In this document: piece after piece, positions 40,969 to 52,706 of the stretch
Position numbering within the stretch: position 1 is the stretch's first letter
How the letters are laid out: every line of letters starts with the position of its first letter
NCBI GenBank assembly: GCA_047601445.1
Contig: JASGJH010000001.1
Location: forward strand, 8,992,001 to 9,056,000
Direction: 5' to 3'
From: Myxococcales bacterium
GTDB lineage: Bacteria > Myxococcota_A > Polyangia > Polyangiales > DASUME01
DNA: 64,000 nt
Position numbers and translations under genes: made by a program
Notes under the pieces: generated by a model
Databases searched by the model: none
Seen by the model: the letters and a program-made list of their open reading frames with translations, nothing else
What the model was told of the DNA's origin: nothing

Positions 40969-42427
40969 GAACTCGCCGTGCGAAGGTCGTCGATGTGCTT
41001 CTTCACCGTACGCCGATCGAGCCCGGTGATGCGCGCCACCTCGACGTAGCTGTGATGCCGCTCGTAAAGCGCGCTGCAGTAGTGGCCCAACAGACGCTCC
41101 GCGCTCCAGTCCAGCATGGCCAGTTCCGCTCCGAAGTCACGGCCGCGAGCGGCTTCTGGGCCACAGCGTCCAGTCAAAAGCACCCGTCGCACACACTGCT
41201 CGAGTTCTCTCACGTTGCCCGGAAACGGATAGCTCGGCCCGAGGTCGCGCTCGATGGCGGTGCGCACTTCGTCGGCCAACGTGGCGTTACCCTCGCCCAC
41301 GATGCGCGTACACAGGTGGGTCACGAGCAGAGAGAGCTCGGCGGGATCTCTGCCAGCCGCGTACGCAGGCTGGGTAGCGTGATGGTATGTGTGCTCAGGC
41401 GGAAGAAGAAGTCGTCGCGCATGCGCCCTTCGGCGCGCAATTCCGGCAGAGAGCGGTGCGTCGCCGCCACGATGCGCCCGGCGAACCGTCGCACTTCGCG
41501 CCCGCCCACCGGGAAGTAGGTGCGCTCCTGCAGCACGCGCAATAGCTTCACCTGTACGGGCAAGCTCACTTCGCCGATCTCGTCCAGGAACAACGTGCCG
41601 TGTTCACGTGTGCGCGCGAGCACGCCCTCGTGGTTCTCGATGGCGCCGGTAAAGGCGCCTTTCCTGTGGCCGAAGAGCTCGGACTCGAGCAGCGTCTCCG
41701 GAAACTCGCTCAGGTGAATCGGCACATAGAGCTCTCCGTGGGAGCTCGCGAAGCGCTCGCGCTTCTCTTCGAAGGGAATGAACCCCGAGCGCCCGATGGC
41801 CTGCGCCGCCTCACCTTTGCCGCTCCCGGTTTCACCGATGAGCAAGGTCGCGAAGTCCTCCATGCGACTCCACAAGAAGCGCTCGTAGCGCCGGATGTCC
41901 TGGGTGAACAAGGTGTTCCAGAGCTCTTCCCGCAGCGCGCGCATGCTGGCCCCACCGCCGATCAGTCGCGTCGCCACCGCCGAGTGGGCACGTCGCATCT
42001 GATAGAAGAGCTCGATGGCCCGCACGGCCTCCTGCGCGCCAAAGCCGCGCGCGGCCAGGAACTGCAGCAGATCACGCGCGAACGGTACGCTTGCCGAGTC
42101 CACTTCGCGTCGCGCTTCGCGCATGATCAGCGTGTCGAAGGCCGGGGAGAATCGATGGAAGGCGTCGAAGAGCACGGCCGCGAACAACAGCTCTCGGTCG
42201 GCCTCGCAGTATTGGTCTAGCGACGCGGGCTTGCCGGCCTTGGAGCCCAACGACGCGAGCCTGGCCTGCACCTGGTTGGCTGCCTGCGCGACCACGTCGG
42301 GGTCGCGCGGTGACGTGTCGGCGATGGCACCGTCGAGGCGGTCTCGTTCTTGACCGAACGGGTTGGCGTAGGCAGCGCGTGACACCAACGAGAAGAAGGC
42401 CCGATCGGCGCCGTCGAGGCTTCTCAT
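40965..42427 (-). CDS. Sigma54-dependent enhancer-binding protein (AAA+ plus HTH), split by a 1-nt frameshift near 41348
   Basis: GETGSGKG, ESELFGHRKGAFTGA, LFLDEIGE, QVKLLRVLQE; FPGNVRELE and HTH continue in another frame. Confidence 0.88.
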
Positions 42428-44319
42428 GTCGAGAGCTCGGCCTCGTGTTTGAGCATGCTGCGCACTTGCTCCTCGAGGAGCTTGGCCGAAGCGTGCTCGG
42501 GCGCGATGGGCTTGCCGATGCTCAGCGTGATGCGTGCCCGGAAGCGGCGCGGCAGCTTGCGGAACGCCGGTCCATCCTTGCGGCTGAAGATGCTGCCCCA
42601 CAGGCCTTCCACGGCCATCGGCACCACCGGCACGGGCGTCTCGCGAAGAATGCGCTCGATGCCCGCCTTGAACGGGTTCATCTCGCCAGTCTTGGTGATC
42701 TTGCCCTCGGGGAAGATGCACACCACCTCGCCCGCGCGCAGCTCCTCGGCGATCTTGGCGAAGGCCCGCTCCATCAGCGCCTTGTCCTCGTGCTCTGGCG
42801 CAATGGGGATGGTCTTGCCGTGCCGAAACAGGATCGAGGCCCCAGGGGTCTTGGCGATGCGGTGGTCCATCACGAAGCGCGCCGGCCGTCGCACGGAGCC
42901 TGCCACGATGATGGAATCGTTGAACGCCACGTGGTTGCACACCAGTACCACTGGGCCCGTCTCCGGGATGTTCTCGTGTCCGATCACCTGCAGCCGGTAG
43001 AACAGGCGGCCCAGGATCCAGGCCACGAAGCGGATCAAGAACTCCGGCAACAGCGAGTAGATGTAGGTCGCACTCAGCAGCGAGCAGATGGCGAGCACCA
43101 AGAACACCTTCGGCACCGAGAAGTGCAGGGCGTCGAGTCCCGCCAGCATCGCAGCGCCGATCACCATGAAGAGCGCGTTCAGGATGTTGTTGCCGGCGAC
43201 CACGCGGGAGCGCTCGCTGGCCTCCGAGCGCTGCTGAATCAGCGTGTACAGAGGAACCGTGAAGAAGCCGCCGAACATGGCCATGCCGAACAGGTCGCCC
43301 AGGATGCGGTAGGCGTGCTCGGTCTCCAAAAAGGCCCAGATGTCGAGGGGCACGCTGGGGACCACACTGGGCGCACCCACGAAGTACAGGTCCAGCGTGC
43401 ACAGCGTCATGCCGACGGATCCGAAGGGAACCAGGCCGAGCTCCAGGTACTTACCCGAGATGCGCTCGGTGAGCAGCGAGCCCAACGCAATACCCACGCA
43501 GAACACGCTCAAGAACAGCGTGACCACGTTCTCGTGGGCGTGCAGCGTGTCGCGGGCATACACCGGGAGCAGCGAGAGCAGCACTGCGCCGAAGAACCAG
43601 AACCACGAGATGCCCAGCACCGAGAGGAACACCGCCCGCGTGCGCTTGACGATGCCCAGGATCTCGAAGGTGGGCGTGAAGGGGTTCGCGTGTATCCGCA
43701 CGGCAGGGGCGCCGCTCGGCAGGCGCATCATGCGGAAGCTCATCAAGAGTCCCAGCACGGCCACCGCCATGATCGCGATGGCGACGCCGCTTGGACCCCA
43801 GGGCTCGACCAGCACCAGCATGCCGCCGCCGATGGTGCCGCCCAGGATGGCGAGGAAGGTGCCCATCTCCACCAGCGCGTTGCCTTCCACGAGCTCATCG
43901 CTCGCGAGCAGCTGCGGCAAGATGCTGTACTTCACCGGCCCCAAGAACGCCGAGTGCACGCCCATCAGGAACAGCGCCGCCAGCATCGGCCAGAGCGCTC
44001 CGCTCACGAAACCCAGGGCCGCGAGGGCCAGGATGGCGACTTCGGCCATCTTCACGCCGCGTACGATCAAGGTCTTCTCGTAGCGGTCGGCGAGCTGCCC
44101 GGCCGTGGCCGAGAGCACGAAGAAAGGGGCGATGAAGATGCCTGAGCAGATGCTGATCATCTGGGCGGGCGACAGACCGAGCACGCTGGCCTGGTGCGCG
44201 CTGATCCAGAGCACCAAGGCGTTCTTGAAGAAGTTGTCGTTGAAGGCCGACAGCAGCTGCGTGCCGAAGAAGGCCGGAAAGCCCGGGCGGGCAAACGGCG
44301 AGCGAGCGTGAGATTGCAT
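42424..44319 (-). CDS. MFS lysophospholipid transporter fused to PlsC-type acyltransferase (LplT/Aas-like)
   Basis: TQLLSAFNDNFFKNA, GPVKYSILP, GISWFWF; NHVAFND and IFPEG acyltransferase motifs. Confidence 0.93.
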   Translation of the reverse strand: MQSHARSPFARPGFPAFFGTQLLSAFNDNFFKNALVLWISAHQASVLGLSPAQMISICSGIFIAPFFVLSATAGQLADRYEKTLIVRGVKMAEVAILALAALGFVSGALWPMLAALFLMGVHSAFLGPVKYSILPQLLASDELVEGNALVEMGTFLAILGGTIGGGMLVLVEPWGPSGVAIAIMAVAVLGLLMSFRMMRLPSGAPAVRIHANPFTPTFEILGIVKRTRAVFLSVLGISWFWFFGAVLLSLLPVYARDTLHAHENVVTLFLSVFCVGIALGSLLTERISGKYLELGLVPFGSVGMTLCTLDLYFVGAPSVVPSVPLDIWAFLETEHAYRILGDLFGMAMFGGFFTVPLYTLIQQRSEASERSRVVAGNNILNALFMVIGAAMLAGLDALHFSVPKVFLVLAICSLLSATYIYSLLPEFLIRFVAWILGRLFYRLQVIGHENIPETGPVVLVCNHVAFNDSIIVAGSVRRPARFVMDHRIAKTPGASILFRHGKTIPIAPEHEDKALMERAFAKIAEELRAGEVVCIFPEGKITKTGEMNPFKAGIERILRETPVPVVPMAVEGLWGSIFSRKDGPAFRKLPRRFRARITLSIGKPIAPEHASAKLLEEQVRSMLKHEAELST

Positions 44320-44331
44320 GGACGGCCCTAG

Positions 44332-44347
44332 AGCGAGTGGTGTGCCA
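44332..44347 (-). promoter_or_regulatory. Sigma54 -24/-12 promoter
   Basis: TGGCACACCACTCGCT = GG-N10-GC, directly upstream of the lplT-like ATG. Confidence 0.75.
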
Positions 44348-44387
44348 GAGAGAAAACCGAATGATTCCAAGAGTATGGTTTTCTGTC

Positions 44388-44427
44388 GTGTACACTGGGT
44401 GTGCAGGCGTGTTCACGCCGTGTACGC
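44388..44427. promoter_or_regulatory. Four phased GTGTACAC-like sites (candidate enhancer/UAS)
   Basis: GTGTACAC 44388, GTGTGCAG 44399, GTGTTCAC 44409, GTGTACGC 44420; spacing 11/10/11. Confidence 0.65.
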
Positions 44428-44561
44428 ATTCTACGCCAGGTCGCCCGCCCCAATTCCACTGACTTCTCGTGCCCTTCCCATCGCCCGCCCGAGTGGCGAG
44501 CGCGAGAAGCCGCGTTCCTGCGGCCCGGGAGCCCGCAGGCGAGAGGACGAGGACCGGTTCG

Positions 44562-46167
44562 CTAGAACCTGGGGTCCTGGGTCTCGTTCTCGGCGTACGG
44601 CAGCACCGGCCCGCGTCGACGGTCGCGCACGCGCACGAGGCCGTTCAAGACGCCCACATAGGCGGTGCCGTCGGGGGCCAGCGAGATGGCGGCCCAGTTG
44701 TTGTCGTAGCGAACTCCCGTGCCCGTGAGGACGCGATAGGCGGTGCGACCGCTCTCGAAGTCGATGGCCGTGAAGTAGTAGGCGTCGGTGCCCTCGGGAG
44801 CATTGGGCAGCTTGGTGTAAACGTAGATGAGGCCGTTGGCCGTGGAGAGCTTGGGCACCGCCGTTTGAGAGATTCTCGTTGCTCTCCCAGATGGTGTCGC
44901 AGCCACTCTCGTCGGCGCGCACGTCCACGCGCGCGATGCCAGGCGCGCTGGTCTTGCCCTTGCGCATCGTGCGGAAGATGTCGTAGCCCGCGTTGTTTTC
45001 CACGATGAGCGAGCGTCCGTAGCCGATCAACGTGTTCTCGGTGGCGCTCTGTCCAGGCTCGAAGACTGGGGTTCTGCATACGAGGCGTTGGTCCGCGCCT
45101 TGGTCCGCCAAGCCTTTGCGTCGGTAGACCATCACGTTCATGCGCGGCTCGGCGTTATCGGTGATGGCCACGTAGTCGTCGCCAAGCAGGGTAGGCGTGG
45201 TGCCCGATCCGCGGTTGATCTGTCCCACCTTCACGCGCGTGCCGCGGTCATAGGGCTCGCGCCAAACCTGGGTGGGCGGCTCGTCGGCACTCGCGAGGCC
45301 GAAGTGGTAGAGGGCGTGGTCCGAGACCACGTAGGCACCCTCCGGCGCGATGCTGAAGGAGTTCTCGATCTCCTCGCCGATGAGGTGGTTCACGTGCACG
45401 GCGCGCTTCTTGTTGACGATGCCCACCGTCCCGTAGCGACCCACGAACCAGTAGTTGCCCTCGTAGTCGGGCAGCACCGCCGTAATCTTGTCGAGCTGGC
45501 CGTTGGGCCGCAGCAAGTGATTGCCCAGCGCGATGCGCTCCTGGCGCTTGAGGCGCGGACCCGCCGGCGTGTCTTCGATGCCGATGATCTCGATGGCGCC
45601 GTCGGCCGTGCCGATGACCGCGCGGTCCAGGTTGTCGAGGTAGAAGTAGGCCCCGCCGGACGTGTCCTGCATCGCCTTCCGCATCCGCAGCAGCGGCGCG
45701 TTGCGGCGGGGCAGGGCCTGGCGGTCGATGACCTCGAGGGTTTCGGGATCGAGCAGCACCAGCGACGGACGTCGGTCACGCACGCACACGGTGACGATGC
45801 GGCCCTTGGAGTCGAAGTTCACGGTGGGGCACTCCCCACCCAGGAAACCCATCGCCCGCGACGACACCTCGGGCCGATGTCCGAGCGGGCCCGACCAGGG
45901 ATAGGTGTTCGTGGTGAACGAGTCGGCGTGCATGCAGCTCGCGCCGTGCTTGGCCATGAAAGGGTGGGGAGGCACATCTGTCGCCGCCATGGGACGCGGC
46001 GCATGCGGCGCTCCGTGACTCGCGGGCACCAGGCTCTCCGCCTTCGCCGAGCGGCGAATCGAACGCGCATCGGAGCCTTCACGCATGTGTCCGCAACCCA
46101 GGAGGGTCAAGCAGGCGAGGCCGGCCGAAAGCCGCCACGATCTCCTATTCCTGCTGCGGTTCCCCAT
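44562..46167 (-). CDS. Secreted lipoprotein (beta-propeller-like), split by a 1-nt frameshift near 44873
   Basis: LLGC lipobox; removing one base gives ..ESNEISQTAVPKLS.. and joins the two ORFs. Confidence 0.8.
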
Positions 46168-46225
46168 GTCCAAATCAGATCCTCTACAGGCTTTGCCAGC
46201 CGGGCACAACGCTGTTCTCGGGCGC

Positions 46226-48463
46226 TTAGTTTGTTTCCAACGTGTTGGCAGGCGGCGGCGTGCTCGCCCTCGAGACCCGTGGTTCGGTTTCGAGGAAACC
46301 TCGTAGCATCCGGCGCAGCTCGAAGGGCGAAGAGACACGTAATTTCGCGGCCGAGACGCCCGGGCCCACCCGCACACTAATGCTGCTCTCGGGCAGGGCG
46401 GCGAACAGGTCCTCGTCCGTGCGGTCATCTCCGGCGGCAAACACCAGGCTCCCCGATGGTGCCTCCCGAACCACGCGGGCCGTCACCACGCCCTTGTGCA
46501 CGCCGCGAACGCGCACCTCCACGACCTTGTGCCCCTCGAGGATCTCGGCGTTGGGGCCCAGCGCGATGGTGAGCTCGGCGCGCAGCGAACGTAAGCGCGC
46601 TTCCGCGAGATGGGGATCGACACGTCTGTAGTGAAACGCCACCGAAGCTGCTTTCTGCTCCACGAATGTTCCCGGCGTACGAAGCGAATGTTTCTTCATG
46701 ACGTCGTAGATCTGTTTCAGGAACTCCGGCGGACTCTCGAGCACCTGGGTCCAGCGGCCCGCGGGGTCGCGGCTCCAGAAGCCGTGCTCGATGTGCAGCG
46801 AGATTGGTGAGTTACCCAGCCAGGGTTCGAGTGAGGCGCGCGAGCGTCCCGAAACCACGTGCACCTCGGTGTTGGGCGAGATGGCCAGGCGCCGCAGCAG
46901 GTCGAGCAGCGCTTCGTCCGGTACGGCCAGGTCCGGTAGGGCTTGCAGCGGCACCAGCGTCCCGTCGTAATCGAGCAGGAAAATTCGATAGGGCGCCTGC
47001 CGCACGCGGGTGAGTGCCTGTTCGAGCTCGGCGGGTTGCGACACGGCGGGCACGGTGGGCGGTGCGGGTTCGGTGTGAATCAGGTCGTCCATGAAGGCGA
47101 GTGCCCACGAATGGACCGGATTGGCCTTCACGGAGGCCCGCAGCTTGCGCATGCGGACGGCCTGCTCGGCCTTGGGCATCAGCATGGCTTGGCGGATGGC
47201 CAAGGCTGTGGCCGCGATATCGTAGGGGTTCACGATAAGCGCGGCATCGAGCTCGGAAGCCGCTCCCGCGAACTCGCTCAGGATCAACACGCCCTCGTCG
47301 TCGGTGCGCGCGGCCACGTATTCCTTGGCCACCAGGTTCATGCCGTCGCGTAGGGGGGTGACCAGCATGACGTCGGCGGCGCGGTACAGGGCGAGCAGCT
47401 CGTCGGCGTCCACGCTGCGGTAGAGCAGCTGCACAGGGCTGCCCGTCGGCGAGCCGTAGTTGGAGTTGATGCGACCCACCAGCTCGTTCACGTTGCGACG
47501 CAGGTCGGCGTAGGCTTCGACCTTCTCACGCGTGGGCACGGCGAGCTGGATGAAATGCACATTGCTGCGCAGCTGGGGCTCGCGCTCGAGCAGGCGATCC
47601 ACCGCGAGCAATCGGCGCTGGATGCCCTTCGTGTAGTCGAGCCGGTCGACCCCGAGCAGCGTGACCTTGCCCTGGGTCCCGCGTCGCAGCTGCGCCACCT
47701 GGGCGTCCACGGCCTCCGAGCTGCGCTCGAAGGTCTCCACCTCGATGCTGATCGGGTAGACGCCGATGCGCACCGTCCGGTCGTCCCAGTTCAAGCTGTC
47801 CACGCCGATGTCCAGGCCGAGCACCTTGGCGGCCGAATGGATGAAGTTGTGGCGGTAGCTCTCGGTGTGGAAGCCGATCAGGTCGGCGCCGAGCAGGCCC
47901 TGCAGGAGCTGCTCGCGCAGAGGCAAGATCCGGAACACGTCCGACGAGGGCCACGGTACGTGAAGAAAGAAGCCGATACGGGCCTTCGGCACCATGCGAC
48001 GCAGGAGTCCGGGCACCAACATCAGCTGGTAGTCGTGGATCCACACCATGTCGTCAGGGCGCAGCTCGGCGGCGATGGCGTTGGCAAAGCGCTCGTTGAC
48101 CGTCTTGTAGGCACGCCACTCGTTGACGGCGTCGAGCCGTACCTTGTCGAGCAGGTAGTGAAACAGCGGCCACAGCACGGCGTTCGAGAAGCCGTCGTAA
48201 TAGAGCGAGACCTCGCTCGGGCTCAGCGGCACGTGCACCAGTCGCAGTGCCTCGAGTTCACGCGACAGCTGCTCGCGTGAGCGATCCGAAAGGCGCGAGG
48301 TGTCACCGACCCAGCCGATCCAACGTCCTTCACCCTGTGCGTGAACCTCGCGCAGCGCCGTGGCCAGTCCACCCGAAGACGGTGTCAGCGAGTAACCGGT
48401 GGGCGTCTGCGTGAGCGACACGGGTAGGCGGTTCGAAACCAGCAGCGTTCTCGGGTGACCCAT
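46226..48463 (-). CDS. otsAB: Bifunctional trehalose-6-phosphate synthase/phosphatase (OtsA-OtsB fusion)
   Basis: [45 protein letters not shown] and [11 protein letters not shown] motifs. Confidence 0.97.
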   Translation of the reverse strand: MGHPRTLLVSNRLPVSLTQTPTGYSLTPSSGGLATALREVHAQGEGRWIGWVGDTSRLSDRSREQLSRELEALRLVHVPLSPSEVSLYYDGFSNAVLWPLFHYLLDKVRLDAVNEWRAYKTVNERFANAIAAELRPDDMVWIHDYQLMLVPGLLRRMVPKARIGFFLHVPWPSSDVFRILPLREQLLQGLLGADLIGFHTESYRHNFIHSAAKVLGLDIGVDSLNWDDRTVRIGVYPISIEVETFERSSEAVDAQVAQLRRGTQGKVTLLGVDRLDYTKGIQRRLLAVDRLLEREPQLRSNVHFIQLAVPTREKVEAYADLRRNVNELVGRINSNYGSPTGSPVQLLYRSVDADELLALYRAADVMLVTPLRDGMNLVAKEYVAARTDDEGVLILSEFAGAASELDAALIVNPYDIAATALAIRQAMLMPKAEQAVRMRKLRASVKANPVHSWALAFMDDLIHTEPAPPTVPAVSQPAELEQALTRVRQAPYRIFLLDYDGTLVPLQALPDLAVPDEALLDLLRRLAISPNTEVHVVSGRSRASLEPWLGNSPISLHIEHGFWSRDPAGRWTQVLESPPEFLKQIYDVMKKHSLRTPGTFVEQKAASVAFHYRRVDPHLAEARLRSLRAELTIALGPNAEILEGHKVVEVRVRGVHKGVVTARVVREAPSGSLVFAAGDDRTDEDLFAALPESSISVRVGPGVSAAKLRVSSPFELRRMLRGFLETEPRVSRASTPPPANTLETN

Positions 48464-48799
48464 TCATCCTCCCGTCTGGAATCCGCATTCCCGTGCGAAA
48501 CAGCGGGGACGGGAGGCGCAACCAGAGTCCGATTTTCCCCAACGTGACGGCAGTTGGACTGCACGACGTATGCCTGTCGAGCGTCCCAGGCCGGCAGCTC
48601 CTCCCGGGTGTTGTCCGGGCCGCTGTTTCAAGGGCTTTTGCGTCGCGCTCCTGTGCGACCGGGGGCTGTTCGGTCCTGTCTTCGGGACGGCTTGCCTCCG
48701 CCAGCGCCGAGGCGAATTGCCCCGCGTGTGGCAAAGCGTTTCAAAGCCGCCGAGCGGTCGCCGTTCTCGGGACAGCACCTTGTGCTAACAAACCGCCCC

Positions 48800-50074
<1,275 letters not shown>

Positions 50075-50081
50075 CGACGCG

Positions 50082-50645
50082 TCAGGTGCGGGCCGTGCCG
50101 CGGGTCATCACGATCTTGCCGGACCGCACGACCTCTTGCACGTCGTAGGTCGAGAGCAGGTTCATCATGCTGTCGAGCTTCTTGCTCTCGCCGTACACGC
50201 GCAGCATCACGGTCTCCGTGCCGTAGTCGACGACCTTGGCCTTGAAGTGCTCGGCCACCTGCAGCATGTCGGTGCGGTTGTCGAGTGGCACGGCCACCTT
50301 GATCAGTGCGACCTCGGTCTCCACCAGCTCCTGATCGGTGTGGTCCTCGGCGCGGACCACGTCGACCAGCTTGGCGAGCTGCTTGATGATCTGCTCGAAG
50401 ACCTCCTCGTCCCCGGAGCAAGTGATGGTCATGCGCGCGAAGCCCTTCTCGGGGGTCGGGCTCACGACCAAGCTCTCGATGTTGTAGCCTCGGCGTGAGA
50501 ACACCAGGGCCACGCGCACGAGCACGCCAGGCTTGTTGTTCACGAACAGCGAGATGGTGTGCACGCCGCTGCTATCGTCTTGCTTCGCGCGCGGGAGGAT
50601 CGAGTTGCGCGCCTCGACGCCGTTCGAGGTTCCGTTGCTTGCCAT
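50082..50645 (-). CDS. ilvN: Acetolactate synthase small (regulatory) subunit
   Basis: HTISLFVNNKPGVLVRVALVFSRRGYNIESL, EQIIKQLAKLVDV. Confidence 0.96.
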   Translation of the reverse strand: MASNGTSNGVEARNSILPRAKQDDSSGVHTISLFVNNKPGVLVRVALVFSRRGYNIESLVVSPTPEKGFARMTITCSGDEEVFEQIIKQLAKLVDVVRAEDHTDQELVETEVALIKVAVPLDNRTDMLQVAEHFKAKVVDYGTETVMLRVYGESKKLDSMMNLLSTYDVQEVVRSGKIVMTRGTART

Positions 50646-50649
50646 GACT

Positions 50650-52434
50650 TCAGGTGCTCCCCGTGGGCTTCTCGAGCTTGGTCTTGGGACGTTCGATGAT
50701 CATGTTCTTGAGCGGTGCACCGGCAGGGATCATGGGGAAGACGTTGTCCTCCTTGACCACTTCGGCCTCCACGACGCAGGGGCCGTCGTTGTACTCGTGG
50801 GCCTTCTTGAGCACGCGATCCACGTCGGAGGCGCGCTTGATGCGGAATGCCTTCACGCCGTAGGCCTCGGCGAGCTTCACGAAGTCGGGGTTGCCCTCGA
50901 GATCCACGCCGCTCAGGCGGTTGTCGAAGAACAACTCCTGCCACTGGCGCACCATGCCCAGGTAGTTGTTGTTGATGATCAGCACCTTGACCGGCAGCTT
51001 GTGCACGAAGGCCGTGGCCAGCTCGCACAGGGTCATTTGGAAGCCGCCGTCGCCGACCACCGCCCAGACTTCCTTGTCGGGGCACGCGAACTGTGCGCCG
51101 ATCGCGGCCGGGAAGCCGAAGCCCATGGTGCCGGCGCCGCCCGAGCTCAGCCAGTGTCGGTTCTTGCGCGTGCGGCAGAACTGGGCCGCCCACATCTGAT
51201 GCTGCCCCACGTCCGTGGTGATGATGGCCTCGCCCTTGGTGATGGCGTCCAGCCGATCGAGCACGTGCTGAGCCTTGAGTCCGCCCTGCTTGTTGTATTT
51301 CAGCGGGTATTGCTTGCGCCACTTGTCGCACTGGGCGATCCACTCGTCGCTCTCGCAGCGCTCCACGTAGGGGATCAGGTCCTCCACTACGCGTCGCGCG
51401 TCGCCGTTCAAACTCACGTCGGGCCGAATCACCTTGTTGAACTCGGCGGGGTCGATGTCGACGTGGATCTTCATCGCGTCCGGGCAGAACTCGTCGACCT
51501 TGCCGGTGATGCGATCGTCCCAGCGCGCGCCGATGGCCATGATGAGATCGCAGCCGATCACCGCCTTGTTCGCGTAGGCCGTGCCGTGCATGCCCAGCAT
51601 GCCGAGGTGCAGGTTGTGGCGCTCGTCCACGGCGCCCTTGCCGAGCAGTGTGTTCACGAGGGGCGCGTTGAGCTTCTCGGCCAAGCGCATGATGGCGGGC
51701 CCCGCGTCGCTGATCACCGAGCCGTGCCCGACGTACAGCAGGGGACGGCGCGCGCGGCGCAGCAGCTTGGCCGCGCTCTCCAGGAGCTCGGGGCGCGCAG
51801 CGCCGGGGATCTCGTAGCCGGGCAGCTCGACCTCATCCACGAACGGCGCGTCGCAGGGGCCGCTGGTGACGTCCTTGGGCAGGTCAATCAGGACCGGTCC
51901 GGGGCGGCCGGTGCGCGCGATATAGAAGGCCTCGCGCAGCACGCGCGGGATGTCCGCCGCGTCTTTGACGAGGTAGCTGTGCTTCACCACGGGGTAGGTG
52001 ATGCCGGTGACGTCGGCTTCCTGGAAGGCGTCCTTGCCCAGGCTCGCGCGGATGGTCTGGCCGGTCAGCACGATCATCGGCACGGAGTCCATCTGGGCCG
52101 TGAGCAGACCGGTGACGGTGTTGGTGGCGCCGGGACCGGAGGTCACGAGGACGACGCCGGGCTTACCCGTGGCGCGCGCGTAACCATCGGCCATGTGCGT
52201 GGCGCCCTGCTCGTGGCGAACCAGGATCAACTTGATCTGCGAGTCCACCAGCGCATCGAAGATCGGGATCGCCGCGCCGCCCGAGAGGCCGAATACGTAC
52301 TCCACTCCCTCGCGCTCGAGGCACTGGATGAGCTTCTCCGCGCCGCTCACCGCCTTCTCCTGGTCGCGGGCGGGGGCACTTGTCTTGTTGTCTTGCTTGC
52401 GCCCGGGAGCGCGGGCTTCGACTTCGGGTTTCAT
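50650..52434 (-). CDS. ilvB: Acetolactate synthase large subunit
   Basis: RHEQGA, TSGPGATN, FQEAD, DVGQHQMW, GDGGFQM..NNYLGMVRQWQ. Confidence 0.97.
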   Translation of the reverse strand: MKPEVEARAPGRKQDNKTSAPARDQEKAVSGAEKLIQCLEREGVEYVFGLSGGAAIPIFDALVDSQIKLILVRHEQGATHMADGYARATGKPGVVLVTSGPGATNTVTGLLTAQMDSVPMIVLTGQTIRASLGKDAFQEADVTGITYPVVKHSYLVKDAADIPRVLREAFYIARTGRPGPVLIDLPKDVTSGPCDAPFVDEVELPGYEIPGAARPELLESAAKLLRRARRPLLYVGHGSVISDAGPAIMRLAEKLNAPLVNTLLGKGAVDERHNLHLGMLGMHGTAYANKAVIGCDLIMAIGARWDDRITGKVDEFCPDAMKIHVDIDPAEFNKVIRPDVSLNGDARRVVEDLIPYVERCESDEWIAQCDKWRKQYPLKYNKQGGLKAQHVLDRLDAITKGEAIITTDVGQHQMWAAQFCRTRKNRHWLSSGGAGTMGFGFPAAIGAQFACPDKEVWAVVGDGGFQMTLCELATAFVHKLPVKVLIINNNYLGMVRQWQELFFDNRLSGVDLEGNPDFVKLAEAYGVKAFRIKRASDVDRVLKKAHEYNDGPCVVEAEVVKEDNVFPMIPAGAPLKNMIIERPKTKLEKPTGST

Positions 52435-52706
52435 GGGGCTCTCGACCTTTCGGGCACGACGATCTGGGGGCAGTCGCCGGAGGAGAGCCAAATGTGCCCA
52501 CTCGGAAGGGGCTAGGCCAGTGGTTTTCTCGGCTTGAGCCACCGAAAGGCAGGCTTGGAAGGCCCAAAGGAATGATGGTGGGGGCTGTAGACCTCAAAAA
52601 CTATCGCGACATGGCTCCGTTTTGAGGCTGGCGCCCCGAATGCGTCACTCCAAAGGCAACTTCGAGTCAGCTCGAGGACCGCCGGGCGGGGCCTGCCCCG
52701 CGTTGT

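Noticed and set aside
41321..43402. 693-aa ORF as the true sigma54 activator
   Set aside because: Its N-terminal half is an off-frame overlap of lplT; the real start is ATG 42427, overlapping the lplT stop
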